Source: Octopus bimaculoides (taxonomy: Eukaryota). Taken from it: a stretch of 32,169 bases of DNA. This document shows, piece after piece, positions 31,349 to 32,169 of this stretch (position 1 is the stretch's first letter; every line of letters starts with the position of its first letter). The notes under the pieces are model-generated. The model was not told where the DNA came from, ran no database searches, and was given only the letters and a program-made list of their open reading frames with translations. The DNA lies in assembly GCF_001194135.2 (NCBI RefSeq), contig NC_068985.1, positions 14,392,247-14,424,415 on the forward strand, read 5' to 3'. The position numbers and the translations under genes were made by a program.

Positions 31349-32169
31349 TTATTCTACCATGTAGCCATAACTCATTTTCGACAAACAGTCAAAGGTTATT
31401 TATAGTCAGAATTGGAGCCGAAAGTCTTCGTACTTTAATTTCTGATTCAGTATTAACTCTGAGTTTTCCTATTTTTTATATATTTTTGTACAGTTCGGAT
31501 GTCATATCATTTTACTCTTTTACTCTGCCTTCAGTCTCGTAGAATACTTTATTTTCTCGACTTATTGTAGTGCAGAAAAAAAAATGCTTAATAATCAGTA
31601 TAAAGCGTATTGTGAAAATCAGATCCAGCTACATTTAACTTCTTGTTTATTAATTATTAAAAGGATAAGTTTTCTCCTCATTTACGTAACTTATAGAAGG
31701 AAGGTTGAACTCTAATAAAATTTAAGTATTCAATATAGTGGTTTCATATTTTTTTCTTTATTTTGTTCACACTCGTTTCAATATATTTAGAGCTCACTGT
31801 TGCAGCTTATCAATATCTATAAAACACAAGATGTTTGTGTGTGTGTGTACGTGATGTGGGTTATGCACGTCCTCAAATTAGCACGCATGTCACTCCAATT
31901 TTAGGAGGACATTTTTCATGACCCTATCTGTGTTTTTGTCAACTTTTCTCTCAGAGGCACCCGCGTATAGCTGTAAAAATCGATAAACTTTTACCAATTT
32001 TGAAGTTTGTTGACATGGCGAAGTCAAATCTGTGCGTACGCGCGTGAAGGCGAGGGAAGAGGGAGACAGCGTATTACGAAAGAAAATGTAGCTAAGACGG
32101 AGTAAAATGCATTTTTTTTCTTAAACATGAGATATAGTTTCAAATATAAGATGTTTTTGAAAGACACTA

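Overview
Repeat-saturated eukaryotic non-coding DNA, intronic or intergenic. It is a draft assembly with nine N-gaps, mostly flanked by microsatellites. The tRNA-headed SINE families and the dense (TA)n/(CA)n/(TACA)n tracts suggest an octopus/coleoid cephalopod genome; this is inferred from repeat content, not shown directly. No intact host gene, RNA gene or CRISPR array is supported, and most ORF-track entries come from microsatellites or N-gaps. Identifiable content: about 20 SINE copies from 4 tRNA-derived families; decayed DNA transposons (piggyBac, maT/DD37D, two mariners, a rosa-like deletion derivative with DD38D spacing, hAT and Tigger-like MITEs, and an unclassified foldback element with 82-bp TIRs); and two kinds of non-LTR retrotransposon 3' ends. 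One kind has a restriction-like endonuclease and is associated with (CATA)n. The other ends in three C2H2 zinc fingers. The most notable signal is that both zinc-finger LINE copies end in a microsatellite and are bracketed by long direct repeats (at least 80 bp, and 127 bp). The second bracket also encloses about 1 kb of non-LINE DNA downstream of the LINE 3' end. This fits a microsatellite-primed LINE that makes very long target-site duplications and carries 3' transductions. Haplotype or assembly artefacts still need to be excluded.
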